DNA of 64,000 nucleotides from an uncultured bacterium (GTDB lineage Bacteria; Chlamydiota; Chlamydiia; Chlamydiales; Waddliaceae): NCBI GenBank assembly GCA_964635295.1, contig CAZWOB010000001.1, positions 47,743 to 111,742 of the forward strand, read 5' to 3'. Shown piece by piece: positions 52,379 to 60,413 of this stretch (position 1 is its first letter; each line of letters starts with the position of its first letter). The notes under the pieces were generated by a model. It saw only the letters and a program-made list of their open reading frames with translations, ran no database searches and was not told where the DNA came from. The position numbers and the translations under genes were made by a program.

Positions 52379-53610
52379 TTCCCCCGAATTTCCGCAAACT
52401 CACACCTGTTCAAAGGCGAGAAGTGTTAAAAGCGCTTTGCAGCCTAAATGAGGATGAACTTCTTTCGCTTTCCAATCAAATCGACCTCTCGAATTTAGCC
52501 GATATCTTAGTGGAATCATCGATCGGAACTTTCCCTGTTCCGATGGGGATTGCAACTGGATTTCTGATCGACCGGCGTGCCGCGTTCATTCCCATGTCTA
52601 CTGAGGAACCTTCAGTCATCGCCGCCGCCAGCTACGGCGCGCGCCTGATCAAAGGTGGTGGAGGCTTTACCACATGGGCGTACGAACCGGTGATGACAAC
52701 GCAAATCTTCCTCAAGGGTGTCACAAAACGCACCATCGATGGACACGAAAAAGCCATCGGAGAACAAGTTGACCAGATCATTCCACGCATGGTTGAACGC
52801 GGAGGTGGATTCAGAGGAGTTTCAGCCGAGTGGAAAGATGGAACGCTTCTTATTTCGATCGATATCGATGTCCGCGACGCAATGGGGGCCAATGCGGTCA
52901 ATACTGTAGCAGAAGGGATGAGAGACTTCCTCACTGAACTCTTCGGCGGCAGGGTCTTGATGGCAATTTTGACCAACGCTTCGACCAATAGGATGGCAGG
53001 CGCTTCCTTCGCAATTCCCGTTAAATTATTACGGAAAGGAAAGATGTCCGGTCATGAGGTCTGCCAGCGGATTGTTGAAGCGAACGAGATCGCCCGATCA
53101 TTTCCCGAACGGGCAGTTACCCATAACAAAGGGATCATGAACGGGATCACGGCGCTTGCCCTGGCGACAGGGAATGATACACGAGCGATTGAATCGGCGG
53201 CTCACTTCTACGCACAGCAATCTGGCCGTTATCAACCATTGACAACGTACCAACTCGAAAACGACCAGCTGATCGGAAAAATCGAACTTCCCCTATCTCT
53301 AGGAACTGTGGGAGGGACAACAAGTTTTTGGCCAGCCAGCCGCTTTTCCCTTAAACTCCTTTCCAACCCTGATTCACGGCAATTGAACCGATACGCAGCA
53401 GCCCTGGGCCTTGCACAAAATCTTGCAGCGTTATTTGCATTAGTGACAGACGGTATTCAGGGAGGCCACATGAAGCTTCATGCGGCGCGGATTGCCTATT
53501 CAGCTGGCGCAAGAGGTGGATCGATCCGTCAAATTGCTGAGACACTTTGGAATGAGCGAAAACTTAATGTCGAAGACGCCAAACAGTTTGTGGAGAAAGA
53601 GCCGAAATGA
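52375..53610 (+). CDS. mvaA: HMG-CoA reductase (class II type)
   Basis: 411 aa. IGTFPVPMGIATGFLIDRR, PMSTEEPSVIAAAS, DAMGANAVNTVAE. Length fits class II. Confidence 0.85.
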   Translation: MIPPNFRKLTPVQRREVLKALCSLNEDELLSLSNQIDLSNLADILVESSIGTFPVPMGIATGFLIDRRAAFIPMSTEEPSVIAAASYGARLIKGGGGFTTWAYEPVMTTQIFLKGVTKRTIDGHEKAIGEQVDQIIPRMVERGGGFRGVSAEWKDGTLLISIDIDVRDAMGANAVNTVAEGMRDFLTELFGGRVLMAILTNASTNRMAGASFAIPVKLLRKGKMSGHEVCQRIVEANEIARSFPERAVTHNKGIMNGITALALATGNDTRAIESAAHFYAQQSGRYQPLTTYQLENDQLIGKIELPLSLGTVGGTTSFWPASRFSLKLLSNPDSRQLNRYAAALGLAQNLAALFALVTDGIQGGHMKLHAARIAYSAGARGGSIRQIAETLWNERKLNVEDAKQFVEKEPK

Positions 53611-54542
53611 AACGCGTTACCGTTGAAACCTCTCCCTCTCTTGCCCTCATCAAGTACTGGGGAAAAAGCGATATCGCCCAGAACCTGCCGGCCACCTCAT
53701 CGCTTGCCGTCACACTCGATTCCCTTCGAACAACGACCACAGTCGAGCTTTCTGAATCTGATGAGGTATATATTAACAACTCAAAGGCCCCGATCGAACG
53801 GTTTCGCCCATTCTTTGACAACATTCGCAACGCCACCTCGTCCCATAGTTGTTTTACCGCTCACAGCAGCGTAAACTTCCCCATTGCCGCGGGATTGGCA
53901 AGTTCTTCGTCAGGACTGGCAGCTCTCGCATTAGGGACTACCCAACTCATCGATCCTGCAATTCCCATTGAAACGATCTCTTCATTTGCCCGATTTGGAT
54001 CGGCGTCAGCAGCCCGCTCGGTCTTTGGAGGTTTCACGGTATTGAAGAAAGACTCGCTATCATCTGTACCTCTACACATCGAATGGTCTGAGCTGCGCGT
54101 GATTGTAGCAATTGTCTCAAGTCAAACGAAGCCTGTTCCAACTCGAAATGCCATGGAGCTGGCTCGAACAACTTCGCCCTTTTACAAAAAATGGCTCGAA
54201 AAGTCTGAGGAGTACTTTACCGAAGGTTTAGAAGCTGTCAAAGAGAAAAATCTAAAGAAGCTTGGCCCTCTGATGAGACAGAGCTATCTTGCGATGTTTT
54301 CGACCATGCTGACAAGCACACCTCCAATCCTCTATTGGATGCCCGAAAGTGTCGCTCTGCTGCAAACGTGTGAAAATTTGCGTAACGAGGGAATCGAAAT
54401 TTGGGAGACGATGGACGCCGGACCGCAAGTCAAGATGGTTTGTCTTGAAAGCGACCTGCCATCTATTCAATCTTACCTGCATGCCACACACCCCGAAGTT
54501 GAGTTTCTCATCGCTAAACCCGGCGGTGCCCCACGTTTATGA
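53607..54542 (+). CDS. mvaD: diphosphomevalonate decarboxylase
   Basis: 311 aa. SLALIKYWGKSD, LPATSSLAVTLD, AGLASSSSGLAALA. Confidence 0.85.
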   Translation: MKRVTVETSPSLALIKYWGKSDIAQNLPATSSLAVTLDSLRTTTTVELSESDEVYINNSKAPIERFRPFFDNIRNATSSHSCFTAHSSVNFPIAAGLASSSSGLAALALGTTQLIDPAIPIETISSFARFGSASAARSVFGGFTVLKKDSLSSVPLHIEWSELRVIVAIVSSQTKPVPTRNAMELARTTSPFYKKWLEKSEEYFTEGLEAVKEKNLKKLGPLMRQSYLAMFSTMLTSTPPILYWMPESVALLQTCENLRNEGIEIWETMDAGPQVKMVCLESDLPSIQSYLHATHPEVEFLIAKPGGAPRL

Positions 54543-55384
54543 AAATCACGGTTCCGGGAAACTTACTTCTATTTGGAGAGTATGCCATCACCTATCCGGG
54601 CGGACTTGGGATCGCAGTCGCGACTGATGCGAAACTTATCGTTGAAACAAGGCCCTCAGACCAATTATCCATTTCTGGAACTTTCGGAAATAAAACATAT
54701 CGCTGGACTGAAGGAAGCCCTTTCCCCTCACCTCTGGTAGAGTACATTGTCAAAACTCTAAATGTCTTCCCCTCCCGCCATATCCATATTGACTCAAGCG
54801 CCTTTTATTATCCCGATGGAAGAAAAAAAGGGTATGGTTCCAGCGCAGCCGTCACTATCGGCCTTGCTTGCGCACTATTGGAACCAGCAGACAAGGAAGC
54901 GCTTCTTACCCAATCATTAAAGCTACACAGAGGATTTCAAGGCGGTAAGGGAAGCGGATATGATATCTATGCCTCTTGTAAAGGAGGTGCGGGCCTGTTT
55001 AGAGGGGGTGAAATTCCAACATGGGAGTCTTTGAAGCCTGGGCTTTTCCAGACACTCCATCTTCTTAGAGGTGAACTACCTTGCGATACCCGCCAAGCCC
55101 TGCGACACCTGCACCAACTCGAGAAACAAAAGCCGAATGACGTCGCTGAATTTCTCAACAGATCAAATGTTATAGTCAACAACCTTTCCCATTCTCTTCA
55201 AAATTTTCAAAAATCGATCGAACTGAATCATTGGATTAATGCTCAGCTCTCTCAAAAGCTGCCCTGGAGAGAAGAAACAATCAAGCCTTTAGGCGCTGGA
55301 GGAGAGATCGGAGCAGCATTAGCGCCTTGGCCGAATAGCGAACCGTTGATCATCAGTCAGGATGGCGTTCAATGGCAGCAGTAG
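54539..55384 (+). CDS. mvaK2: phosphomevalonate kinase (GHMP family), short form
   Basis: 281 aa. PGNLLLFGEYAITYPGG, GYGSSAAVTIGLA. Assigned mainly from its position between mvaD and mvaK1. Confidence 0.65.
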   Translation: MKITVPGNLLLFGEYAITYPGGLGIAVATDAKLIVETRPSDQLSISGTFGNKTYRWTEGSPFPSPLVEYIVKTLNVFPSRHIHIDSSAFYYPDGRKKGYGSSAAVTIGLACALLEPADKEALLTQSLKLHRGFQGGKGSGYDIYASCKGGAGLFRGGEIPTWESLKPGLFQTLHLLRGELPCDTRQALRHLHQLEKQKPNDVAEFLNRSNVIVNNLSHSLQNFQKSIELNHWINAQLSQKLPWREETIKPLGAGGEIGAALAPWPNSEPLIISQDGVQWQQ

Positions 55385-56256
55385 GAAGCGCACCCACAAA
55401 ACTCCTGCTTTTCGGTGAGCACTCCGCAGTTTACGGTTTTCCAGCCGTCGGCATCCCCCTTTCGTGGAGAATCACTGTCACGCTTAAGGACGCGGACAGG
55501 TTCTGCTGGAAGATCGACTCTTCCCATCTCTCCCGCTTGAATCCTATTCTTCCTCGACTTACTCGCATCTTCCCCGAAATCAAAACACCATTTGAAATCG
55601 CAGTACATTCTGATGCCCCTATCGGAGTGGGCTTTGGCTCCTCTGGAGCTTTATGCGTCGCCATTGCCCGGGCGGTTTTCGCAAAGATCGGTCATGAGCC
55701 AACAACAGAGGAAGTCTGGACACGCGCTCATGCATTGGAGTCTCATTTCCACAACAACCCTTCAGGGGTAGATACAGGAATCTCAACGATGGAGCAGGCG
55801 GGTTTCCTAAAAAAAGATGGTGGTTCCCTCCCCTCGTTTCAGCAACTGAACAAAAAACTACCTTGTCTTATCATCGGAGCATTTCCCCGCTGTTCAAACA
55901 CGGGAAATTTGATTTCTGGACTCCGTCATAAGCTTGAGACTGAGCCTCAATCTATCAGGCATATCGAGGAGTTGGGCAGGATCGCTGAAGAATCGATTGC
56001 TGTAATGGACAATCCGATGAAGTTCGGTGAATTGGCAAATATGGCTCACAACCATTTAAAAACACTCGGGTTATCAACCCCCGAACTCGATCGGTTTTTA
56101 AAAACAGCTATTTCCCACGGTGCTTTTGGCGGAAAATTAAGTGGCGCTGGAGGCGGCGGCGCCTTTTACCTTGCATGTGAGAATAGTCAGTCTGCCAAAG
56201 AAATTATTCAAAACCTTTCCTTTCCCTCACTCCTTGCACCTAGTATTATTAATTAA
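55372..56256 (+). CDS. mvaK1: mevalonate kinase (GHMP family)
   Basis: 294 aa. PTKLLLFGEHSAVYGFPA, PIGVGFGSSGALCVA, GKLSGAGGGGAF. Confidence 0.8.
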   Translation: MAAVGSAPTKLLLFGEHSAVYGFPAVGIPLSWRITVTLKDADRFCWKIDSSHLSRLNPILPRLTRIFPEIKTPFEIAVHSDAPIGVGFGSSGALCVAIARAVFAKIGHEPTTEEVWTRAHALESHFHNNPSGVDTGISTMEQAGFLKKDGGSLPSFQQLNKKLPCLIIGAFPRCSNTGNLISGLRHKLETEPQSIRHIEELGRIAEESIAVMDNPMKFGELANMAHNHLKTLGLSTPELDRFLKTAISHGAFGGKLSGAGGGGAFYLACENSQSAKEIIQNLSFPSLLAPSIIN

Positions 56257-56372
56257 ATAATTCAAAAATCGGCACCATTAAAAATATAATTATAAAGAAT
56301 AAAATACCCTATTATAATTTTATATTATAATGCATAATATATCTTTATTTATTTAACATAACGGTTATTATT

Positions 56373-57374
56373 ATGAGTACATCACCTCTGCATTACAGTC
56401 CTTGCGACCCGCCTGGAACGAACAGCGCACCGTCGTTAACAGGACCGCATTCAGTAGACGGTGCAGTGTATGTGAGACAAACTCTACAGCAACAGATTGC
56501 AGAAGAAAAAAACCGACAAATTCTCCAACTATTTATTAATGAATTAGGAGATGAAGAAGGTCGTATCTCATTTGATCATTGGGCAGAAAACAGACCTGCA
56601 AGGAGAGTTTGGAGACAACTTAGAAACTATCCTCGATTGAGAGACAGCATGTTCGGCAGCAGCGTCTCGCTTACTTTGCCTTGCATCAGTGACAACACAC
56701 CTGTTCAAAAGGGTAATTCAAGATTATATTTTGAAAGAATTGAATTTCAAAAAAATGAATTTGGAGAACATGAACTACGTGTATCATACGAGCCGGTCAC
56801 AGTTGGAAACATGTTCAATAAACCCTGGATCAAAGTAACAAAGGAAAAGCAGGCTGTAAAAGACGGAGACCTTTCCATTAGTGGACTTGATTGTGCTGTC
56901 TCCAGAAGGCGCTCAGAAAAGAGAGCTGCCCAAATATCAAACATCTCCCCTGTAAATGAATCAGAAATACAATCAGAATTAACTGATGTGGAAACTGATT
57001 TACAAGAAGCTTCTATCACAAAAGAAGAAGCGGTTTCAACACCTCATCAACTACCAACTAACAAAGCTGAAGCCGCTGATATGAAACCTATTAAACGAAA
57101 GTTCTCAATCGTTAGAGTGTTCAAAACCATTATTCAAAGTATAAAATGCCTTGTTCTAAAATTCTTCAAATGGTTTGCATCCCAATTCAAAGATCAGGCG
57201 AAATCTGAATCATCAAATCCAGATCTAAAAACAAAAAAGATTAGCGCTAAACCGATTGAGACAAAAAACGAAGAGCCCAATTCCCTCATAGCAGAAGAAA
57301 GCGATACAGATGATTTTCTTGATATCGTTGAAGTGGAATCGGATGAGGAATGGAACTCGGATCTGGATTTTTAA
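56373..57374 (+). CDS. orphan protein A1 (basic N-terminus, amphipathic helix, acidic C-tail), partner of the RasGEF-like protein
   Basis: 333 aa, paralogous to 59530..60399. Shared block ELRVSYEPVTVGNMFNKPWIKVTKEKQAVKDGDL versus EIRVAFEPVTRGELIDQPFIQRSREKQRVKDQDI. Confidence 0.6.
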   Translation: MSTSPLHYSPCDPPGTNSAPSLTGPHSVDGAVYVRQTLQQQIAEEKNRQILQLFINELGDEEGRISFDHWAENRPARRVWRQLRNYPRLRDSMFGSSVSLTLPCISDNTPVQKGNSRLYFERIEFQKNEFGEHELRVSYEPVTVGNMFNKPWIKVTKEKQAVKDGDLSISGLDCAVSRRRSEKRAAQISNISPVNESEIQSELTDVETDLQEASITKEEAVSTPHQLPTNKAEAADMKPIKRKFSIVRVFKTIIQSIKCLVLKFFKWFASQFKDQAKSESSNPDLKTKKISAKPIETKNEEPNSLIAEESDTDDFLDIVEVESDEEWNSDLDF

Positions 57375-57397
57375 ACATAATAATAAGGATATAAAAA

Positions 57398-59407
57398 ATG
57401 GCAGCATGTTCAACTTCAGAGGTAAGCGGATCCTCAGCAGCAACACCTTCCCTTCCAGTATTTGAAGGGGACAAAACAGTATTCACCAACGAATTAAAAA
57501 CATATTTAGAAAGTGTTCAGGCGATCGCCAGGGATGCTTTGACAAATGACGATAAAAGAAGTTGTTTTCAAACCTTTAAAGAACTTAGAGACCATGTCGC
57601 AAAGGCTCAGACGGAAATTGGACACGATGCTGGATTGATGAGAATTCAAGGCACTGCTAACCGTGCCATGCAATGGCTCAGGACAGGCTATACAACTAAT
57701 TCCCATTGGCTGAACTTGACAATGAGACAATCTCACCTTGAAGATGTTAAACCTGATATTGAAGTTACCCCCCACTTTAAATATGAACTATCAAAACTTG
57801 ACGAAGCATTGGAAAAGGTCAAGTTGATGCCTCGCGGGATTGAAAAAGTGAGGGCGCTCCAACATATTCATGAAACCATTTGCGCTTCTCAAGCAGAGAA
57901 TACACCCGAACTTTTACAAAAACTCTACGTATTCTCTGAAGAGCATCTGATGCTCAACGAAAAGATCATGGCATTGAAACAGATTAATTATCGAGACAAG
58001 GATAGCGGGCAGTCCCAAGATCTCTCGAGCTTGCTTGACGCAACAGGAAAGGGATATGCCGAATATTTTATCGCCAACGTTAAAGAAGTTGAAATGCTTG
58101 TCAATTATCTCACGGTTGTTCTTAGAGACCGGGCCACGCTTTCTTCCTGTGTATCGCCGATTACGTTAATGGAAGAATGGCCAAAAGAGATCGGTGATTT
58201 AGACGGCCGTCAAAGAACTACATGGACAGCGACATTGATGAAATTCTCGCAGTCTGAAAGTGCAAACGACCCGTATTCTGATCTCGTCATCAGTTATCTG
58301 TCAAATATCATTGACCCGACAGGAGAGCTTCGATACGAACATCTCCGACGTTCGACAAAAGGTCAAGAGTTTGTCAACAAGATTGCCGGAATTGCGGATA
58401 CGATGCAGCAATTTGGTTTCGACCACAGGCCGTTGCTAAATAATGTTGCCATCAGACATAGAGCACCATCGACCAACCCAAAACTCAAGTTTGGTTATCT
58501 TATCGAAAAGATGAAAACTAAACCTCTGACACAGACAGAATTAAAACATGTCGTCTTAGGCTTGAAGTCTGCGATCGCTTCTGACTGGAGAACATTTGAC
58601 ATTGACGCATTTCTTGAAAATCCGAAGAAATTTAAAGATCTGGTCGAACACCGCATTGAGATCGCAAATCCTATACGTGATTTTTTCATCAATGTGTTGA
58701 AATCTGGTACAACTGCCAAACATCAAAAGGTATTTTTACGCAATGTACTATTAGTCAATAAACAGTTAGTCATTCAAGGAGAGCTCTCCGTCAGCTTTAC
58801 CCTTTTTAATGCGGGAATTGACAATACCCGAAGATCTTGCAAGGATGCGTGGGATCAACTTTCCAGTGATGGTCGAAAGGCAAATGAATCTTTAACTCGG
58901 CTCTTTGAAGTCTCCAGCAACTTTAAAAACCTGCGGGCATTTATGCGTCAGTTAAACGCGAAACATGCCATCCGCATCCCCTATTTTGCGATTGATCAAA
59001 GAGATATCGTTCAATTTAAAGAACAGTTGGGACAAATGCCTGACAATACAATCGAAAAATTGTTTCGTGAGCACAAAGATACAATGGAAAGTCTGATCGG
59101 TCAATTTGCACCAGCTGGTGAAAAAAACTTGGAAAATTGGGCAAAGGAAAATATGGTCAGGAATATGTCTGTCATTCTGACAGCCCTTAAGCGTCTTTCT
59201 ATTGACTCTGATGAAAAATCGGCAATTACTGCTGAGCTCAAAGAGTTGCTAAGCTCATTGAGAGATCTGCAACTAACGATTGAACAACGCAATAGAGAAC
59301 TGAACAGACAGTTCATTGCACTCGACCTGTGGTATCAAAATTATCCTACAGATGAGTCTGTTGATACATTTTACAGAAGTTTTATAAATAAAATTCCAAC
59401 GGAATAG
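57398..59407 (+). CDS. CDC25-homology (RasGEF)-like domain protein B1
   Basis: 669 aa. FTLFNAGIDNTRRSCKDAWDQLS, NFKNLRAFMRQL and IRIPYFAIDQRDIVQFKEQ resemble conserved RasGEF blocks. Starts 23 nt after the A1 stop. Confidence 0.6.
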   Translation: MAACSTSEVSGSSAATPSLPVFEGDKTVFTNELKTYLESVQAIARDALTNDDKRSCFQTFKELRDHVAKAQTEIGHDAGLMRIQGTANRAMQWLRTGYTTNSHWLNLTMRQSHLEDVKPDIEVTPHFKYELSKLDEALEKVKLMPRGIEKVRALQHIHETICASQAENTPELLQKLYVFSEEHLMLNEKIMALKQINYRDKDSGQSQDLSSLLDATGKGYAEYFIANVKEVEMLVNYLTVVLRDRATLSSCVSPITLMEEWPKEIGDLDGRQRTTWTATLMKFSQSESANDPYSDLVISYLSNIIDPTGELRYEHLRRSTKGQEFVNKIAGIADTMQQFGFDHRPLLNNVAIRHRAPSTNPKLKFGYLIEKMKTKPLTQTELKHVVLGLKSAIASDWRTFDIDAFLENPKKFKDLVEHRIEIANPIRDFFINVLKSGTTAKHQKVFLRNVLLVNKQLVIQGELSVSFTLFNAGIDNTRRSCKDAWDQLSSDGRKANESLTRLFEVSSNFKNLRAFMRQLNAKHAIRIPYFAIDQRDIVQFKEQLGQMPDNTIEKLFREHKDTMESLIGQFAPAGEKNLENWAKENMVRNMSVILTALKRLSIDSDEKSAITAELKELLSSLRDLQLTIEQRNRELNRQFIALDLWYQNYPTDESVDTFYRSFINKIPTE

Positions 59408-59420
59408 ATGCGATTCTAAT

Positions 59421-59449
59421 CAGGCAGCCTATCAGGCTGTCTGATTTTT
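59421..59449 (+). terminator. intrinsic terminator after B1
   Basis: CAGGCAGCCT-atc-AGGCTGTCTG is a 10-bp stem with one G-T pair, followed by ATTTTTAATTTT. Confidence 0.7.
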
Positions 59450-59462
59450 AATTTTAATAAAA

Positions 59463-59491
59463 TTGACATATTTTAAATTACAGGGTATATT
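59463..59491 (+). promoter_or_regulatory. consensus-like promoter of the second A/B module
   Basis: TTGACA (59463-59468), 17-nt spacer, TATATT (59486-59491). Overlapped by the inverted repeat ACAGGGTAT-N14-ATACCCTGT (59480-59511). Confidence 0.55.
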
Positions 59492-59529
59492 ACACCTTAC
59501 TAATACCCTGTTAATTAAAATTAATTGAT

Positions 59530-60399
59530 ATGTCGATACATTCTAGCCTACCTTTAAGAAACCCTGCACCTCATTCTCTGGTCAATCAATTACAGGATGA
59601 AAGACAGGAAAAACTGCGTCAATGGTATGAAGACACTTATGGTGAAAATGGGGAAGCCCTTTTTCAGACCCATATTCAAAACCCCCCTTTAAATCGATTA
59701 TGGCGAAAGCGCAGAACCTATCGCCGTATTCCTTCTCGTCTTGCAGATCATCCGGCGGGCAAAGCAAATCCTGGATCAATAGGTCGAAACTCTCCTGTTG
59801 TGGCGCATGGAAGAGAACTGCTCTTTTCGAAAAACCGACTTTACCGAACAAATAGCGGACGTGAAGAAATACGCGTAGCTTTCGAACCCGTAACCAGAGG
59901 CGAACTGATCGATCAACCCTTTATTCAGCGTTCGCGGGAAAAGCAGAGGGTAAAGGATCAAGATATCTTACTCAGAAGATTTGGGCTCGACCTTGCAATA
60001 CCAAATAAACGAAGACAGAAAACAGTGACGCGCTCGGTCCCCTTGTCAACTAAACCAATTGAAGTCAAAACGCCTGAGGCTGCTGAAATACAAGGAGAGA
60101 CACTTAGCCGATCGTTACTTCGATCGGTCCCGGATTCAGATTCTCAACCACCAACTAACAATAACAGATGGTTTCTACAACTTGTTCGAAAAATCATCCG
60201 CTTTGTCGCCGCCATCTTCCGCAAAATTTACCAATGGCTGACAGGTAAAAAGCAAAATAATCAAGAAGATTTATCAACACAGCCTTTGCTTAAACCTCAA
60301 TCATCATCTCGAAAAAAAGCGCCTGTTCCTGATCAGATTATCATCTCAGTGACAGACAATGATACCGAATCCGATGATGATCTATTAGATTTATTTTAA
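59530..60399 (+). CDS. orphan protein A2 (paralogue of A1)
   Basis: 289 aa. Basic N-terminal region (RLWRKRRTYRRIPSRL), amphipathic helix RWFLQLVRKIIRFVAAIFRKIYQWL, acidic tail TDNDTESDDDLLDLF. Confidence 0.6.
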   Translation: MSIHSSLPLRNPAPHSLVNQLQDERQEKLRQWYEDTYGENGEALFQTHIQNPPLNRLWRKRRTYRRIPSRLADHPAGKANPGSIGRNSPVVAHGRELLFSKNRLYRTNSGREEIRVAFEPVTRGELIDQPFIQRSREKQRVKDQDILLRRFGLDLAIPNKRRQKTVTRSVPLSTKPIEVKTPEAAEIQGETLSRSLLRSVPDSDSQPPTNNNRWFLQLVRKIIRFVAAIFRKIYQWLTGKKQNNQEDLSTQPLLKPQSSSRKKAPVPDQIIISVTDNDTESDDDLLDLF

Positions 60400-60413
60400 T
60401 AAGGAGTAATACT

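Noticed and set aside
50788-52413. Antisense ORFs inside the mevalonate genes (50788..51222, 51614..52087, 52100..52339, 52632..52988 and others)
   Set aside because: The sense frames carry unambiguous enzyme motifs, and the antisense frames have no starts with an RBS.
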